From the NCBI GenBank assembly GCA_040219255.1, contig JAVJSW010000060.1:64001-128000 (forward strand): a DNA stretch of 64,000 nucleotides, given 5' to 3'. This document shows, piece after piece, positions 30,715 to 40,621 of this stretch. Made by a program: the position numbers and the translations under genes. Every line of letters begins with the position of its first letter. Position 1 is the stretch's first letter. Origin of the DNA: Sumerlaeia bacterium. GTDB lineage: Bacteria > Sumerlaeota > Sumerlaeia > SLMS01 > JAHLLQ01. The notes below the pieces were generated by a model. It ran no database searches. It was not told the origin of the DNA and saw nothing but the letters and a program-made list of their open reading frames with translations.

Positions 30715-31695
30715 TTATTCGAAACCCGGCGGCGTGGACTTCGGGTTCAGCAGCGTCGGCGGCTCCTCGCCCCGGAAGTGGGCGATGATATTGCGCGCGC
30801 ACAGTTCGCTCATCACCTCGCGCGTCTCCACGTCGCCGCTGCCCGCGTGGGGCAGCATCACCACGTTGTCCAGACCCATCAGGTCCGGGTGGATTTCCGG
30901 CTCCTTCTCGAACACGTCGAGTCCAGCCGCCGCGATCTTGCGCGAGCGCAGCGCCATGGCCAGCGCTTCCTCATCGACCACCGGCCCGCGGGCTGTGTTC
31001 ACCAGCACCGCCGACGGCTTCATCAGTTCCAACCGCCGGGCGTCGATCAGGTGCCGCGTTTCCGGCGTCAGGGGGCAACTGATGGAAATGAAATCGCTCT
31101 CGCGCAGCAGATCGTCCAGGTCCCGCCACTGCGCGCCGACCTCCGCTTCGAATTCCGGCTTCACATAGCGCGCGTTGTAAAGCACCGGCATCTGAAACCC
31201 GAGGGCGCGCCGGCCGATGGCCTGGCCGATGCGCCCGGCGCCCACGATGCCCAGGGTCTTGCCGCTCACCTTGGTACCCAGCAACTGCATCGGCCCCCAG
31301 CCGTCCCACTGGCCGCTGCGCACATAGCGGTCGCCCTCGACCACCCGCCGCGCCGCCGCCAGCAGCAGCGCCCACGCCAGATCGGCCGTCGCGTCGGTCA
31401 GCACATCCGGAGTGTTGCAAACCGACACACCCCGAGCCGTGGCGGCCTGGACGTCGATGTTGTCGAAACCGACGGCGAACTGGGTGACGATCTGGAGTTG
31501 GGGGTTTTCCGCCAGGACATCCGCCGTGATCTTGTCGCTGAGCATCGTGATGACAGCGTCGGCGCCGGAGAGGCCCGCGCGCAGGGTTTCCGCCGGCAGC
31601 GGTGCGTCGGTGGCGCTGAGGCGGACCGTGTGGCCGGCCTCGCGCAGCAATTGGAGTCCCGATTCAGGGATGGGCCGGGTGATGAAAACGTTCAT
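30715..31695 (-). CDS. D-2-hydroxyacid dehydrogenase (glyoxylate reductase GyaR/GhrB)
   Basis: AVGFDNID, NTPDVLT, GIVGAGRIG, VNTARG, GLDVFEKEP, LPHAGS. Confidence 0.92.
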   Translation of the reverse strand: MNVFITRPIPESGLQLLREAGHTVRLSATDAPLPAETLRAGLSGADAVITMLSDKITADVLAENPQLQIVTQFAVGFDNIDVQAATARGVSVCNTPDVLTDATADLAWALLLAAARRVVEGDRYVRSGQWDGWGPMQLLGTKVSGKTLGIVGAGRIGQAIGRRALGFQMPVLYNARYVKPEFEAEVGAQWRDLDDLLRESDFISISCPLTPETRHLIDARRLELMKPSAVLVNTARGPVVDEEALAMALRSRKIAAAGLDVFEKEPEIHPDLMGLDNVVMLPHAGSGDVETREVMSELCARNIIAHFRGEEPPTLLNPKSTPPGFE

Positions 31696-31699
31696 GATT

Positions 31700-32968
31700 T
31701 CAATTCTTCGCGAGCATTGCGCCACGCGCCGCGCGAAATTGCGGGTCGTGCGCCTCATAGTACCGCAGGGTGCCTTCGTAGATGTATCGGGCAACCCGCT
31801 TTTGCCGCTCCGCACTGGAGATCCAGCGAAGCTCGTCCGGGTTCGTGATGAAGCAGACCTCGATCAGGACGGAAGGCATATCGTAGTTTTCCAGAACTTT
31901 GAAGCGGGCGTCCTTGATCCCGCGATAGTCTTTGCGGAAGAAGGTGTCTTGCAGGAAGGCCTGCTCGAGCCCGCGGGCCACGCGCTGGCTCTCCGTGGAC
32001 TGGGTTTCGAGGGCGTCGCGCAGCATCCCGTTGAGCAGCGGCAGCGCGTCGCGGCGGATGCCGGGGCCTTCGTCCACCTCGTTCTCCAGGTTCACGAGGT
32101 ACTTCCAGGGCTTCTTGTCCGAGGAATCGTAGGACCAGGTGTAGAATTCGAGTCCCCTGGCGCGGCGGCGGTCGGCGGCGTTGCCGGCGACGGCGTTCAG
32201 GTGGATCGAAAGAAACAAATCGCCGCGATTCTGCTCGGCGATGCGGGTTCGCTCGCGCAGGCCGATGTATTCGTCTTTCGTGCGCGTCAGAACCGGTTTG
32301 AAGAGCGGGTCGGCGGCCAGCAGACGATGAAGTTCGAATCCGATGGGAAGCGTGATTTCCGCTTCGCTCCAGGTCCGGCCGTTCAATTCGCCCAGTCCGC
32401 CGCGATGGCGGCCCCCGTGGCCCGGATCGATGATGATGGTCCGCGGACGATAGCGGCCACCGATCTCGCGGACGAGCGGGGGTGGGACTTCCGAGGCGGG
32501 CGCCGGCTCCGGGGCCGCCGTTGGAGTCGCAGTCGGCGCGGCTGTGGCCGACGGGGTCTCGGCGGGGGGCGTGGCGCCCTCTGGATAGAGGTCGATGACC
32601 ACGCGCCAGGGACTCTGGAGCCGCTGCGTTTCCACCCGCACCGTGCCCCGCGTCCGCAGGTGCACGTTGCAGGCGTTCAGTCGTTCGCTGTGCTCGATGC
32701 TGGTGTCCTGGATTTGCTCGATGACGCCGGACAGATGGGCTGAGGAAGGCGCCGAGGTGACGCCGGCGAGCATGATCGTCACCAGGTTGGCCTGGCGGCT
32801 CATGTTGCCCACGCTGTATTGCGGTTCGGCGTCCATCTCGATGACACAGCGGGTGAAGCCAGGGTGCTCGGCGAGGCGCACTTCACTGACCCGGGCCGCC
32901 CCCGCCAGACCCGGCAACAGGCCCACCAGAAAAAACAAAACCAGCAAATTCAAGGGTTTCCAGCGCAT
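31700..32968 (-). CDS. N-acetylmuramoyl-L-alanine amidase with AMIN domain
   Basis: Signal peptide, AMIN (PWRVVIDL), IIIDPGHGG, FLSIHLNA, SVLIEVCFITN. Confidence 0.9.
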   Translation of the reverse strand: MRWKPLNLLVLFFLVGLLPGLAGAARVSEVRLAEHPGFTRCVIEMDAEPQYSVGNMSRQANLVTIMLAGVTSAPSSAHLSGVIEQIQDTSIEHSERLNACNVHLRTRGTVRVETQRLQSPWRVVIDLYPEGATPPAETPSATAAPTATPTAAPEPAPASEVPPPLVREIGGRYRPRTIIIDPGHGGRHRGGLGELNGRTWSEAEITLPIGFELHRLLAADPLFKPVLTRTKDEYIGLRERTRIAEQNRGDLFLSIHLNAVAGNAADRRRARGLEFYTWSYDSSDKKPWKYLVNLENEVDEGPGIRRDALPLLNGMLRDALETQSTESQRVARGLEQAFLQDTFFRKDYRGIKDARFKVLENYDMPSVLIEVCFITNPDELRWISSAERQKRVARYIYEGTLRYYEAHDPQFRAARGAMLAKN

Positions 32969-33106
32969 CGGTGACAACAGCCCTCTCCTCCTGCGCATCG
33001 CGCAAAATCGCCAACTCCCTCACCGCAACCAGCCTTCTGGCAAGACCGTCAAGCTGGAAAGGGTTTGAGGGGATGGAGAACCTGAAGGGAGAGGAGGGCG
33101 AATTCC

Positions 33107-33143
33107 TTGACAATGAGTCATTTGAGTTTTTGTATAGTCTCAA
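33107..33143 (+). promoter_or_regulatory. promoter/operator of the Xre-RES operon
   Basis: TTGACA (33107) and TATAGT (33133; spacer 20 bp, non-canonical) overlapped by palindromes AATGAGTCATT and TTGAG-N12-CTCAA. Confidence 0.5.
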
Positions 33144-33168
33144 TTCGTTGCCGTAAGAGGTCAGTCCC

Positions 33169-33666
33169 ATGCCAACTCGCACTTCATCAAAACCGCGGAA
33201 AGCTGGCCGGGCAGGGGCCCGTGGACGTGGCAAGGCAAGTGCAGGCACTGGGAAAGTGGCAGGGATTTTGTCCCGTGGCGCCGCAGAACACAAACCCTCC
33301 GCCACGGAACTGATCGATTCGCTTCGAAAAGGGTTGGCGTATGAAGAGCTGGAGGCCTTGCAAGAAGGCCTTGAGGTGCCCTTGAACCGGGTTGCGGAAT
33401 TGCTGGACATGTCGAAGGCGACTCTTCAGAGACGCCGCAACGCTGGTGTTTTGACGGTGGCCGAATCGGACCGTGTCGTGCGGTACGCGCGGCTGCTGGC
33501 CCGGGCGGTCGAGGTCATGGAGTCGGAGGAAGCCGCCCGCGCCTGGCTCGGCGCGCCCCAGTTCGGTCTTGGCGGTGAGGAACCCCTGGAATACGCCCGC
33601 ACGGAAGTTGGCGCCCGCGAGGTCGAGGACCTGCTCGGCCGCATCGACGCCGGGGTGTACGCGTGA
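33169..33666 (+). CDS. Xre/MbcA/ParS family antitoxin
   Basis: HTH (VAELLDMSKATLQRR), ESDRVVR, AARAWL..LGGEEPL..TEVGAREVEDLLGRIDAGVY. Confidence 0.92.
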   Translation: MPTRTSSKPRKAGRAGARGRGKASAGTGKVAGILSRGAAEHKPSATELIDSLRKGLAYEELEALQEGLEVPLNRVAELLDMSKATLQRRRNAGVLTVAESDRVVRYARLLARAVEVMESEEAARAWLGAPQFGLGGEEPLEYARTEVGAREVEDLLGRIDAGVYA

Positions 33667-34133
33667 CCCGCGTCGCCTGGCGCATCGTGAAAGAGAAGTA
33701 CGCCGCTGCCGCATTCGACGGCGAGGGCGCCATGAGGTATGGCGGACGCTGGAATTCCAGGGGTTCACGGGTGATTTACACGAGTGGTTCGCTGGCGCTG
33801 GCGGCGCTCGAAACCCTGGTCCACCTGAACCCGCCGGTCGCGTTCCGTTACGTCCGATTCCGGGTGGAATTTCCAGACAAACTGCTGACGGAAATCGCCA
33901 CCGGCGATTTACCCGCCGATTGGCGAATCGAACCGCCCGGCCCAGCGACGCAAACTCTCGGCGACCACTGGATCCGCGATGGCCGCTCGGCGGTGCTCGC
34001 GGTGCCGAGCACCATCGTGCCGGAGGAAGTGAACTACCTCCTCAATCCCGCGCACGGCGACTTCGGACGGATTGCGATCGGAGAGGCTCAGACCTTCGCG
34101 TTCGACCCGCGGCTCACGCGGGCGAAGACCTGA
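33663..34133 (+). CDS. RES domain toxin (NAD+ phosphorylase/ART-like)
   Basis: GEGAMRYGGRWN, YTSGSLALAALE, VPSTIVP..NYLLNP.H; GTGA overlap with the antitoxin. Confidence 0.93.
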   Translation: MTRVAWRIVKEKYAAAAFDGEGAMRYGGRWNSRGSRVIYTSGSLALAALETLVHLNPPVAFRYVRFRVEFPDKLLTEIATGDLPADWRIEPPGPATQTLGDHWIRDGRSAVLAVPSTIVPEEVNYLLNPAHGDFGRIAIGEAQTFAFDPRLTRAKT

Positions 34134-34215
34134 GCTTCAAACCGGCAAACTTTCCTCGCCAAAGGCCTCCCAGTCTCCTTATAAGCGACGACGCGAACGG
34201 AGACTTAGCCCCCCC

Positions 34216-34782
34216 ATGACCCAACCCGCCCACCGCCGCTGGACCCTCCTGATGCCCGCAGCCATGCTCCTGGCGAGCGCGTTTGTGGGATGGGCGGTTT
34301 ATTTCCAGGGGGATTACTCGTTGTTTCTGCGGGGCGGGCCCGTGGGCGATGGGCCGAGGGTCTTGCCGTTCGCGACGCCGGGGCCGGATTTGTCTCCGGT
34401 CGAGGTCGTGGCGATTCAACTGCGGTCGCTGCAGCGGGTCGATTATCCCGGCGAGGACGATGGCATCCGGGTCGCGCGGCGCTTTGCTTCGCCGTCGAAC
34501 CGGGCGGCGCTGGGGCCGGAGCGCAATTTCATCCGCATGCTGAAATCGCCGGATTACGCGCATTTGCTGGGAGCGAGCGAGTACAACATCGTCTCCCAAT
34601 CCGGCAGTGAAGACGAGCGCACCCTGGTCGTGACGGTGCTCGACCAGGACGGCATCGGCGTGACATACCTGTGGGCGGTGTCGCGCCAGGCAGGGGGCGA
34701 GTGCGATGGGTGCTGGATGACGGAGATGGTGATGAAAACGGCCGAGTTGCCGCAGGCCATCGGGCCGCGTATCGAGGCTTGA
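34216..34782 (+). CDS. membrane-anchored DUF4864-like protein
   Basis: N-terminal TM; SPVEVVAIQL, FASPSNR, GCWMTEMV. Confidence 0.7.
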   Translation: MTQPAHRRWTLLMPAAMLLASAFVGWAVYFQGDYSLFLRGGPVGDGPRVLPFATPGPDLSPVEVVAIQLRSLQRVDYPGEDDGIRVARRFASPSNRAALGPERNFIRMLKSPDYAHLLGASEYNIVSQSGSEDERTLVVTVLDQDGIGVTYLWAVSRQAGGECDGCWMTEMVMKTAELPQAIGPRIEA

Positions 34783-34857
34783 CGCGCGCCCGCCGCCGGG
34801 GCGGTCTGTCGGGCCAGACCTGAATCCGTCGCCCCAGGGAGGCCCGCCCCCACCGCC

Positions 34858-36390
34858 ATGATCACCATCGTCGATTTCGGGAGCCAATACACCCAGCTCA
34901 TCGCCCGCCGCGTGCGTGGCCTCGGCGTTTACAGCCGCATCGTTTCCTGTCGCGACGACGTCGCCGAATGGTTCGCCAACGACCCCCACGGCATCATCCT
35001 GTCCGGCGGCCCGGCCTCGCTCTACGAGGAAGACGCCCCCCGGCTCGACGACAGCTTTATCTCGCGGCTGAGCGTTCCCGTCCTCGGCGTGTGCTATGGG
35101 CATCAGGCCCTGATGATGGCCATGGGCGGCCATGTCGAGCAAGGCGGCAGCGGCGAATACGGCCGCGCCGACGTGGACCTGATCGACGAAACGGACCCGC
35201 TTCTGCACGGCGTGCCTCACCACCACAACGTCTGGATGAGCCACCGCGACCACGTGGCGGCCCTGCCGGAAGGCTTCACCCGCCTCGCTTCCTCGAAAGC
35301 CACCCCCAACTGCATCGTCGGCAACACCGAGCGCCGCGTCTGGGGCCTGCAATTCCACCCGGAAGTCCACCACACCGAGCACGGCGGGCGGTATCTGGAA
35401 AACTTCGTCTTCGACATTTGCCGTTCGCCCCGCGACTGGTCGCTGACCGATTGGGTCGAGCAGACCTGCGAGGAAATCCGCGCCCAGGCGGCGGGGCGTC
35501 CCGTGCTGGCCGCCGTCAGCGGCGGCGTCGATTCCACCGTCATGGCCGTACTGCTGGACAAGGCTCTCGGCGATCAGGCCCGCATCGTCTTCGTCGATAA
35601 CGGCCTGCTGCGCGCGGGCGAGGTCGAGGAAGTGCAGCACATCCTCGGCACCGAACTGGGCCTGAACCTGAAGGTCGCCAGCGTGGCGGAGCGCTTCCTG
35701 AGCCAGCTCTCCGGCGTCACCGACCCGGAAGAGAAACGCGCCCGCATCGGCCGCGAGTTCATCGAAGTGTTTTTTGGCAAGGAATTCGGCGATGAGGATC
35801 TCCTGGCGCAGGGCACGCTCTATCCCGACGTCATCGAGTCCGTGTCCGTGCGGGGCCCCAGCGACAAGATCAAGACCCACCACAACCGCGTGCCCGAGGT
35901 GATGGAGCTGATCGAGCAGGGGCGCGTCATCGAACCGCTGAAGGAGCTGTTCAAGGACGAAGTGCGCGAGGTCGGCCGGCTGCTCAACATCCCGCGCCCG
36001 GTGCTCGAGCGCTACCCCTTCCCTGGGCCGGGCCTGGCCATCCGCATCCTGGGCGAGGTGACCTGGGAACGGCTGGCGCTGCTGCGCGCCGCCGACCTGA
36101 TCGTGCGCGAGGAAATCGCCAAGAGCCCCGAGCAGCACGCCGTCTGGCAGATGTTCGCCGTGCTGCTTCCCGTGCGGGCCGTGGGCGTCATGGGCGACCG
36201 CCGCACCTACGCCAACGTGGCCTGTATTCGCGCCGTCTCCAGCACCGACGGCATGACCGCCGACTGGTCGCGCCTGAGTTACGAACTCCTCGACGTGATG
36301 AGCCGCCGCATCGTCAACGAAGTCGTCGGCATCAACCGCGTCGTGTACGACATCACCAGCAAACCGCCCGGAACCATCGAGTGGGAGTAG
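34858..36390 (+). CDS. guaA: GMP synthase (glutamine-hydrolysing)
   Basis: DFGSQYT, GVCYG, QFHPEV, SGGVDS, QGTLYPDVIES, KPPGTIEWE. Confidence 0.97.
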   Translation: MITIVDFGSQYTQLIARRVRGLGVYSRIVSCRDDVAEWFANDPHGIILSGGPASLYEEDAPRLDDSFISRLSVPVLGVCYGHQALMMAMGGHVEQGGSGEYGRADVDLIDETDPLLHGVPHHHNVWMSHRDHVAALPEGFTRLASSKATPNCIVGNTERRVWGLQFHPEVHHTEHGGRYLENFVFDICRSPRDWSLTDWVEQTCEEIRAQAAGRPVLAAVSGGVDSTVMAVLLDKALGDQARIVFVDNGLLRAGEVEEVQHILGTELGLNLKVASVAERFLSQLSGVTDPEEKRARIGREFIEVFFGKEFGDEDLLAQGTLYPDVIESVSVRGPSDKIKTHHNRVPEVMELIEQGRVIEPLKELFKDEVREVGRLLNIPRPVLERYPFPGPGLAIRILGEVTWERLALLRAADLIVREEIAKSPEQHAVWQMFAVLLPVRAVGVMGDRRTYANVACIRAVSSTDGMTADWSRLSYELLDVMSRRIVNEVVGINRVVYDITSKPPGTIEWE

Positions 36391-36723
36391 GCGGCCGGGG
36401 AAGGCGCGCAGGGCGCGGAGGATGACGTGCGCGGGGCGAATTCCTTCTTCAAAGTCATGGGATCGGATTCCTTCCAAGGCAGGGCGGCGACTCCTGAGGG
36501 GGGCTGCCGCGATGCTCAAAGACTGTTACCGATGTCCTGAACCAGAAGTGTCACCTATGTCTTGAACCTGTACCGGGCCTGTACCGCCTTTTTTCTTTGC
36601 CCTTGGCTACTATGGAGTTCGGCGGACGAGGGTCGGTTTTTGGAGTTCGCTGGCGGGCGTGGGAGTTGGCGGGTGCGAAGCGCACTGTGGTACGCAGAGG
36701 CTCGCAATCGCTCTTGTTTGTTC

Positions 36724-38475
36724 TTACCCTTCGTCTTCCTCGTCCGATGCCCGGTCCATGTGATCCGGAGCCGACATGGCCAGCATCCGCAGCCCGTTCG
36801 CCATGGTGGTCCGCACGGCGTCGGAAAGCGCGAGGCGCGCGGCGGAGACTTCCGGCTGATCCGGCACGGCGGTGCGCAGGCTAGCATCCTTGTTGCCGGC
36901 GGTGTAGTATCGGTTATAGACGTCGGCCAGTTCGAGAAGATAGGTCGCGATGTGGTGCGGTTCGCGGCTGCGGGCGGTGCGGCTGACGATGTCGGGGAAC
37001 CGCGACAGCGCCATCAGCACGTCCTGCTCGAACACCGTGCGCAGATGCGCCGCCGCGGGAGCGTCCGGAGCCGAGGCGGTGAGGCCTTCGCCGGCGGCGC
37101 GTTCGGCCAGCGTGCAGATGCGGGCGTGCCCGTACTGGACCTTGAAGACCGGGTTGCGCGAAGAGTTCTCGCGCGCCAGATCGAGGTCGAATTCCACCGT
37201 CGAGTTCGCGCTGCGCTCGAGCAGGAACCAGCGCGCCGCGTCGGCGCCCACTTCCTCCACCAGGTCCATCGCCGTGACGATGTTGCCGAGTCGTTTGCCG
37301 ATTTTGGCCGGGGCTTTCTCGCCCGTCTCCGGGTCCGTCCGCATCAGGTGCACCAGCGACAGGAACGTTACTTCCAGCTTCGACGCATCGAAGCCGAGTA
37401 GCTTCACCCCGGCTTTGAGGCGGGGCGGGTAGCCCTTGTGGTCCTCGCCAAAGACGTTCACGTACACATCGTATCCGCGGCGGAATTTATCGCGATGGTA
37501 TGCCAGATCCGGCACTAGGTACGTCAACGTACCGTCGCCCTTCACCAGGACGCGGTCCTTGTCGTCGTTTTCCGCCTCGACGGTCTTAAGCCACAGGGCG
37601 CCGTCCTTCTCGTAAGTCGCGCCTTTGGCTTTCAACTCGGCCAGGGTTTCCTCCACGGCTCCGCTGTCGTAGAGGGCGCGCTCGGACTGGAAGTGATCGA
37701 AGTGGACGTCGAGCACGCCGAGGTGCTCCTTGATGAGCGCCAGGCAGCGGTTCTTGATCCAGTCGGCGCGAGCGTCGTCGTCCAGCTTGTCCAGGACGTC
37801 CGAGCCCATCTCGGCGACGCATTCGCGGGCGAAGTCGGCCATGTACTCGCCGGGATAGAGCTTCTGCTCCATCGCCTTCTCCACATCGAATGGCTCGATG
37901 CCGAGGGCCTCGCGCAGCCGCGCGTCGAAGGTCTTGCGCAGCGTTTCGATCTGGTTCCCGCCGTCGTTGATGTAGTACTCGCGGTGGACCTTATAACCCC
38001 CGGCGGCCATCGTGCGGGCCATCGCTTCGCCCAGCACGGCGTGGCGCAGGTGGCCGATGTGCATCGGGCCCGTCGGGTTGGCCGAGACGTACTCCAGCAG
38101 GACCTTCTGGCCGTTGCCATCGTTGGTGGTGCCAAAGCACTCGGCCTGCGTGCGGACCTGGCTGAGGATTGCGTCGAAGGCGGCGTCGGACAGCCGCACG
38201 TTGACAAAGCCCGGCTTGGCGGCTTCGGCGTGTTCCACGAAGGGATGAGCGGCGAGTTCCTGGGCCAGTTCCTCCGCGATTTTCAGTGGTGGCTGGCGCA
38301 GCTTCTTCGTCAGTTGCAGGGCCGCGTTCGTCGCCAGATGGCCGTGCTCGGCGCTGCGGGGCGGGGTGAAGGCGATACTGTCAACGGTGGGAGCTTCCGC
38401 TCCGGCGGCCTCGCATCGTCGCGCGACGAGTCCCGCCAGGTGATCGGTGAGCTGGTGGATCGCGGTAGCGCCCAT
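36724..38475 (-). CDS. argS: arginine--tRNA ligase
   Basis: PGFVN, SANPTGPMHIGHLR (HIGH), NDGGNQ, QYGHARIC, DALR-type C-terminus. Confidence 0.95.
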   Translation of the reverse strand: MGATAIHQLTDHLAGLVARRCEAAGAEAPTVDSIAFTPPRSAEHGHLATNAALQLTKKLRQPPLKIAEELAQELAAHPFVEHAEAAKPGFVNVRLSDAAFDAILSQVRTQAECFGTTNDGNGQKVLLEYVSANPTGPMHIGHLRHAVLGEAMARTMAAGGYKVHREYYINDGGNQIETLRKTFDARLREALGIEPFDVEKAMEQKLYPGEYMADFARECVAEMGSDVLDKLDDDARADWIKNRCLALIKEHLGVLDVHFDHFQSERALYDSGAVEETLAELKAKGATYEKDGALWLKTVEAENDDKDRVLVKGDGTLTYLVPDLAYHRDKFRRGYDVYVNVFGEDHKGYPPRLKAGVKLLGFDASKLEVTFLSLVHLMRTDPETGEKAPAKIGKRLGNIVTAMDLVEEVGADAARWFLLERSANSTVEFDLDLARENSSRNPVFKVQYGHARICTLAERAAGEGLTASAPDAPAAAHLRTVFEQDVLMALSRFPDIVSRTARSREPHHIATYLLELADVYNRYYTAGNKDASLRTAVPDQPEVSAARLALSDAVRTTMANGLRMLAMSAPDHMDRASDEEDEG

Positions 38476-38616
38476 GATGCGTGGTCGTCCTTCGAAATTC
38501 AGAATCGCTTTCCCAACGCGGTCTGCCGGAAAGCGGGGGACTGTGGCCATGGCTGGCCGGATGCGTCAAGCGCGGGGGATATCACCGGGGCATTTTCGTG
38601 TGCGGTGGGGGAGACC

Positions 38617-39720
38617 CTACACCTGCCGGGCGCCGCGTCTCTTCAGCTCTTTCACCACCCCTTTGACGTCCTGCACGTGGTCTTTGTGCGTGACCAGGAC
38701 GCTGTCGCCGCTGACGACGACGACGAGGTCTTTGACGCCCACGAGCGCGACCGCTCGTTCGGATGCCCCCGGTTCGTTGTAAACGATGCAGTTGCTGGAA
38801 TCGACGAGTACCGGATCGCCGATACAGACGTTGCCCCGCTCGTCGCATTCCCGGCATCGCGAGAGCGCATCCCAGGTGCCGATGTCGTCCCAGCTAAAGG
38901 TGGCGGGAATCATTCGCACGTCGCGGGCGCGCTCCATGAGGGAGTAATCGATGGAGATGCTCTCGAGCGACTCGAACTGCGCCACGGCCCGGGCGTGATC
39001 GCCGGAATGCAGCGTTTCCGCGATACGATGGATATTGGCCGCCATGTCCGGCTGGGCCACCTGGAATTCCTCCAGGAACTTCGTCAGGCTCCAAAAGAAC
39101 ATGCCGCTGTTCCAGTAGAAATTCCCGGCTCTCAGGTACTCCTCGGCGCGTTCGCGATTGGGTTTCTCGTGATAGGCGGCTACGCGGATGGGGCCATTGG
39201 CGCGGCCGTTGGCGGGTTCCCTGGTTTGGGCTTCGATGTATCCGTAGCCGGTTTCCGGGCGGTCGGGGGGAATGCCGATGGTGACCAGGGCGTTCTCCCG
39301 CTCGGCGCAATCCATGGCTCGCTCCACCGATTGGCGAAAGCCGTCCGGATTGCCGATCAGTTGGTCCGCCGTCAGAACCGCCATGGTGATCGGCTGGTCT
39401 TCGCCATAGCGCGCCATCAACTGCGCCGTGACCCAGATCATGGCGCCGGTGGTGTCGCGGCGGGCCGGCTCGGCCAGGATGTTCTCGGTGGCGATCCGGC
39501 GGTCTCCCCGGGCGATGACTTCGCGGAGCCGTTCGCTGGTGGAAATGAAGACGTTCTTCGCGTCGAAGAGAGGCAGCGCGCGGCTCACCGCTTCCTCGAG
39601 CATCGTCTGATCCGGGCACGACAGTTTCAGAAGCTGCTTGGGCCGGCTGTTGCGAGAGAGGGGCCAGAAGCGTTCACCGCTGCCTCCTGCCATAATGACG
39701 GCGACTCGGATCGGGTTCAT
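38617..39720 (-). CDS. manC: mannose-1-phosphate guanylyltransferase
   Basis: MAGGSGERFWPLSR..PKQLL, PETGYGYI, EKP, WNSGMF, SIDYSLME, WDDIGTW. Confidence 0.93.
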   Translation of the reverse strand: MNPIRVAVIMAGGSGERFWPLSRNSRPKQLLKLSCPDQTMLEEAVSRALPLFDAKNVFISTSERLREVIARGDRRIATENILAEPARRDTTGAMIWVTAQLMARYGEDQPITMAVLTADQLIGNPDGFRQSVERAMDCAERENALVTIGIPPDRPETGYGYIEAQTREPANGRANGPIRVAAYHEKPNRERAEEYLRAGNFYWNSGMFFWSLTKFLEEFQVAQPDMAANIHRIAETLHSGDHARAVAQFESLESISIDYSLMERARDVRMIPATFSWDDIGTWDALSRCRECDERGNVCIGDPVLVDSSNCIVYNEPGASERAVALVGVKDLVVVVSGDSVLVTHKDHVQDVKGVVKELKRRGARQV

Positions 39721-39921
39721 GGGGCCTTGACCTTTGCGAAGTATGCCCATCAGACTAGCGCCCCTTGCACAGGCCGCAAGAGAAGTGCAGGGCCCGGGAC
39801 GCCCCGGCGCGAAAACGCTTTTCTTCGCACCATTCGGGCCGAGTCTTCCCGGCTCTCTCCACCAGCCTGAACCGAACATCCAAGCCGCGTGCTTTCCTCC
39901 TTCTCAAAACCCATCGCCAAA

Positions 39922-40070
39922 CGGGGCGAGTACCGGGTCGATCTCCGGCAAATCCAGCCACAGGACGGGTGCTATGTCCTGCGTATTCAGTTCCCGGCGC
40001 CAGCCCTCCCACAGACAGCGCGGACGAGCGGTTGCTGGGCATCGCTATTGCCTCGTTCGCCTTCGAGTAG
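39922..40070 (+). pseudogene. frameshifted C-terminal fragment of a beta-sandwich domain (..D.R.LG.A.. motif)
   Basis: GEYRVDLRQIQPQDGCYVLRIQFP continues as GASPPTDSADERLLGIAIASFAFE* if one C is restored at TTCCCGGC (~39991-39998); no start or upstream body. Confidence 0.5.
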
Positions 40071-40182
40071 TCAGAGGGCGGCGCGGGCTTGACGTTTCTG
40101 GCTGCCTGACACCAAATGGGTCCAGCCACTGGCCGGGGCTTGCCTCCCGGCCCGCCGACCCCGCCAAGGGAGCCCCCCGCCC

Positions 40183-40611
40183 ATGAGCCCCGCCACCGCC
40201 ACCAAGGAAGAAGTCACCCGCCGCCTCGACGATTGGGCGCAACGTCTGCGGGCGCTCTACGCCCAGGTCGATGAGTGGCGCCGCGAACTCTTGCCCGACT
40301 CCCGGCTGCGCATCCACGACGAACCCCACAGCGAACCTTTCCTGCGCGCCCAGGGCATCAAGAGCTATCCCATCCCGCATTGCACCATCGAAGCCCCCGG
40401 CCGTAAAATCGAAATCGACCCCCGCGACCTCTGGGTCATCGGAGCCCAAAGCCGGCTCGTCCTGATGGTGGACCGGCCAGAGAACAACTACATGATCGTG
40501 GATTTGGCCCGGGAGGAGGGGATGGAGAGCGAGTGGCAGTACCTCGATGTGAGTGCGAAGGACTTTCATCGACCGTTCAATAGAGACAACTTCCGCAAGC
40601 TGCTCAAGTAG
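40183..40611 (+). CDS. hypothetical protein (142 aa)
   Basis: AAGGGAG RBS-like sequence upstream; DDW..R...LY....W and P..LW.IG motifs; no function recognised. Confidence 0.8.
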   Translation: MSPATATKEEVTRRLDDWAQRLRALYAQVDEWRRELLPDSRLRIHDEPHSEPFLRAQGIKSYPIPHCTIEAPGRKIEIDPRDLWVIGAQSRLVLMVDRPENNYMIVDLAREEGMESEWQYLDVSAKDFHRPFNRDNFRKLLK

Positions 40612-40621
40612 GGCGAGCAGA

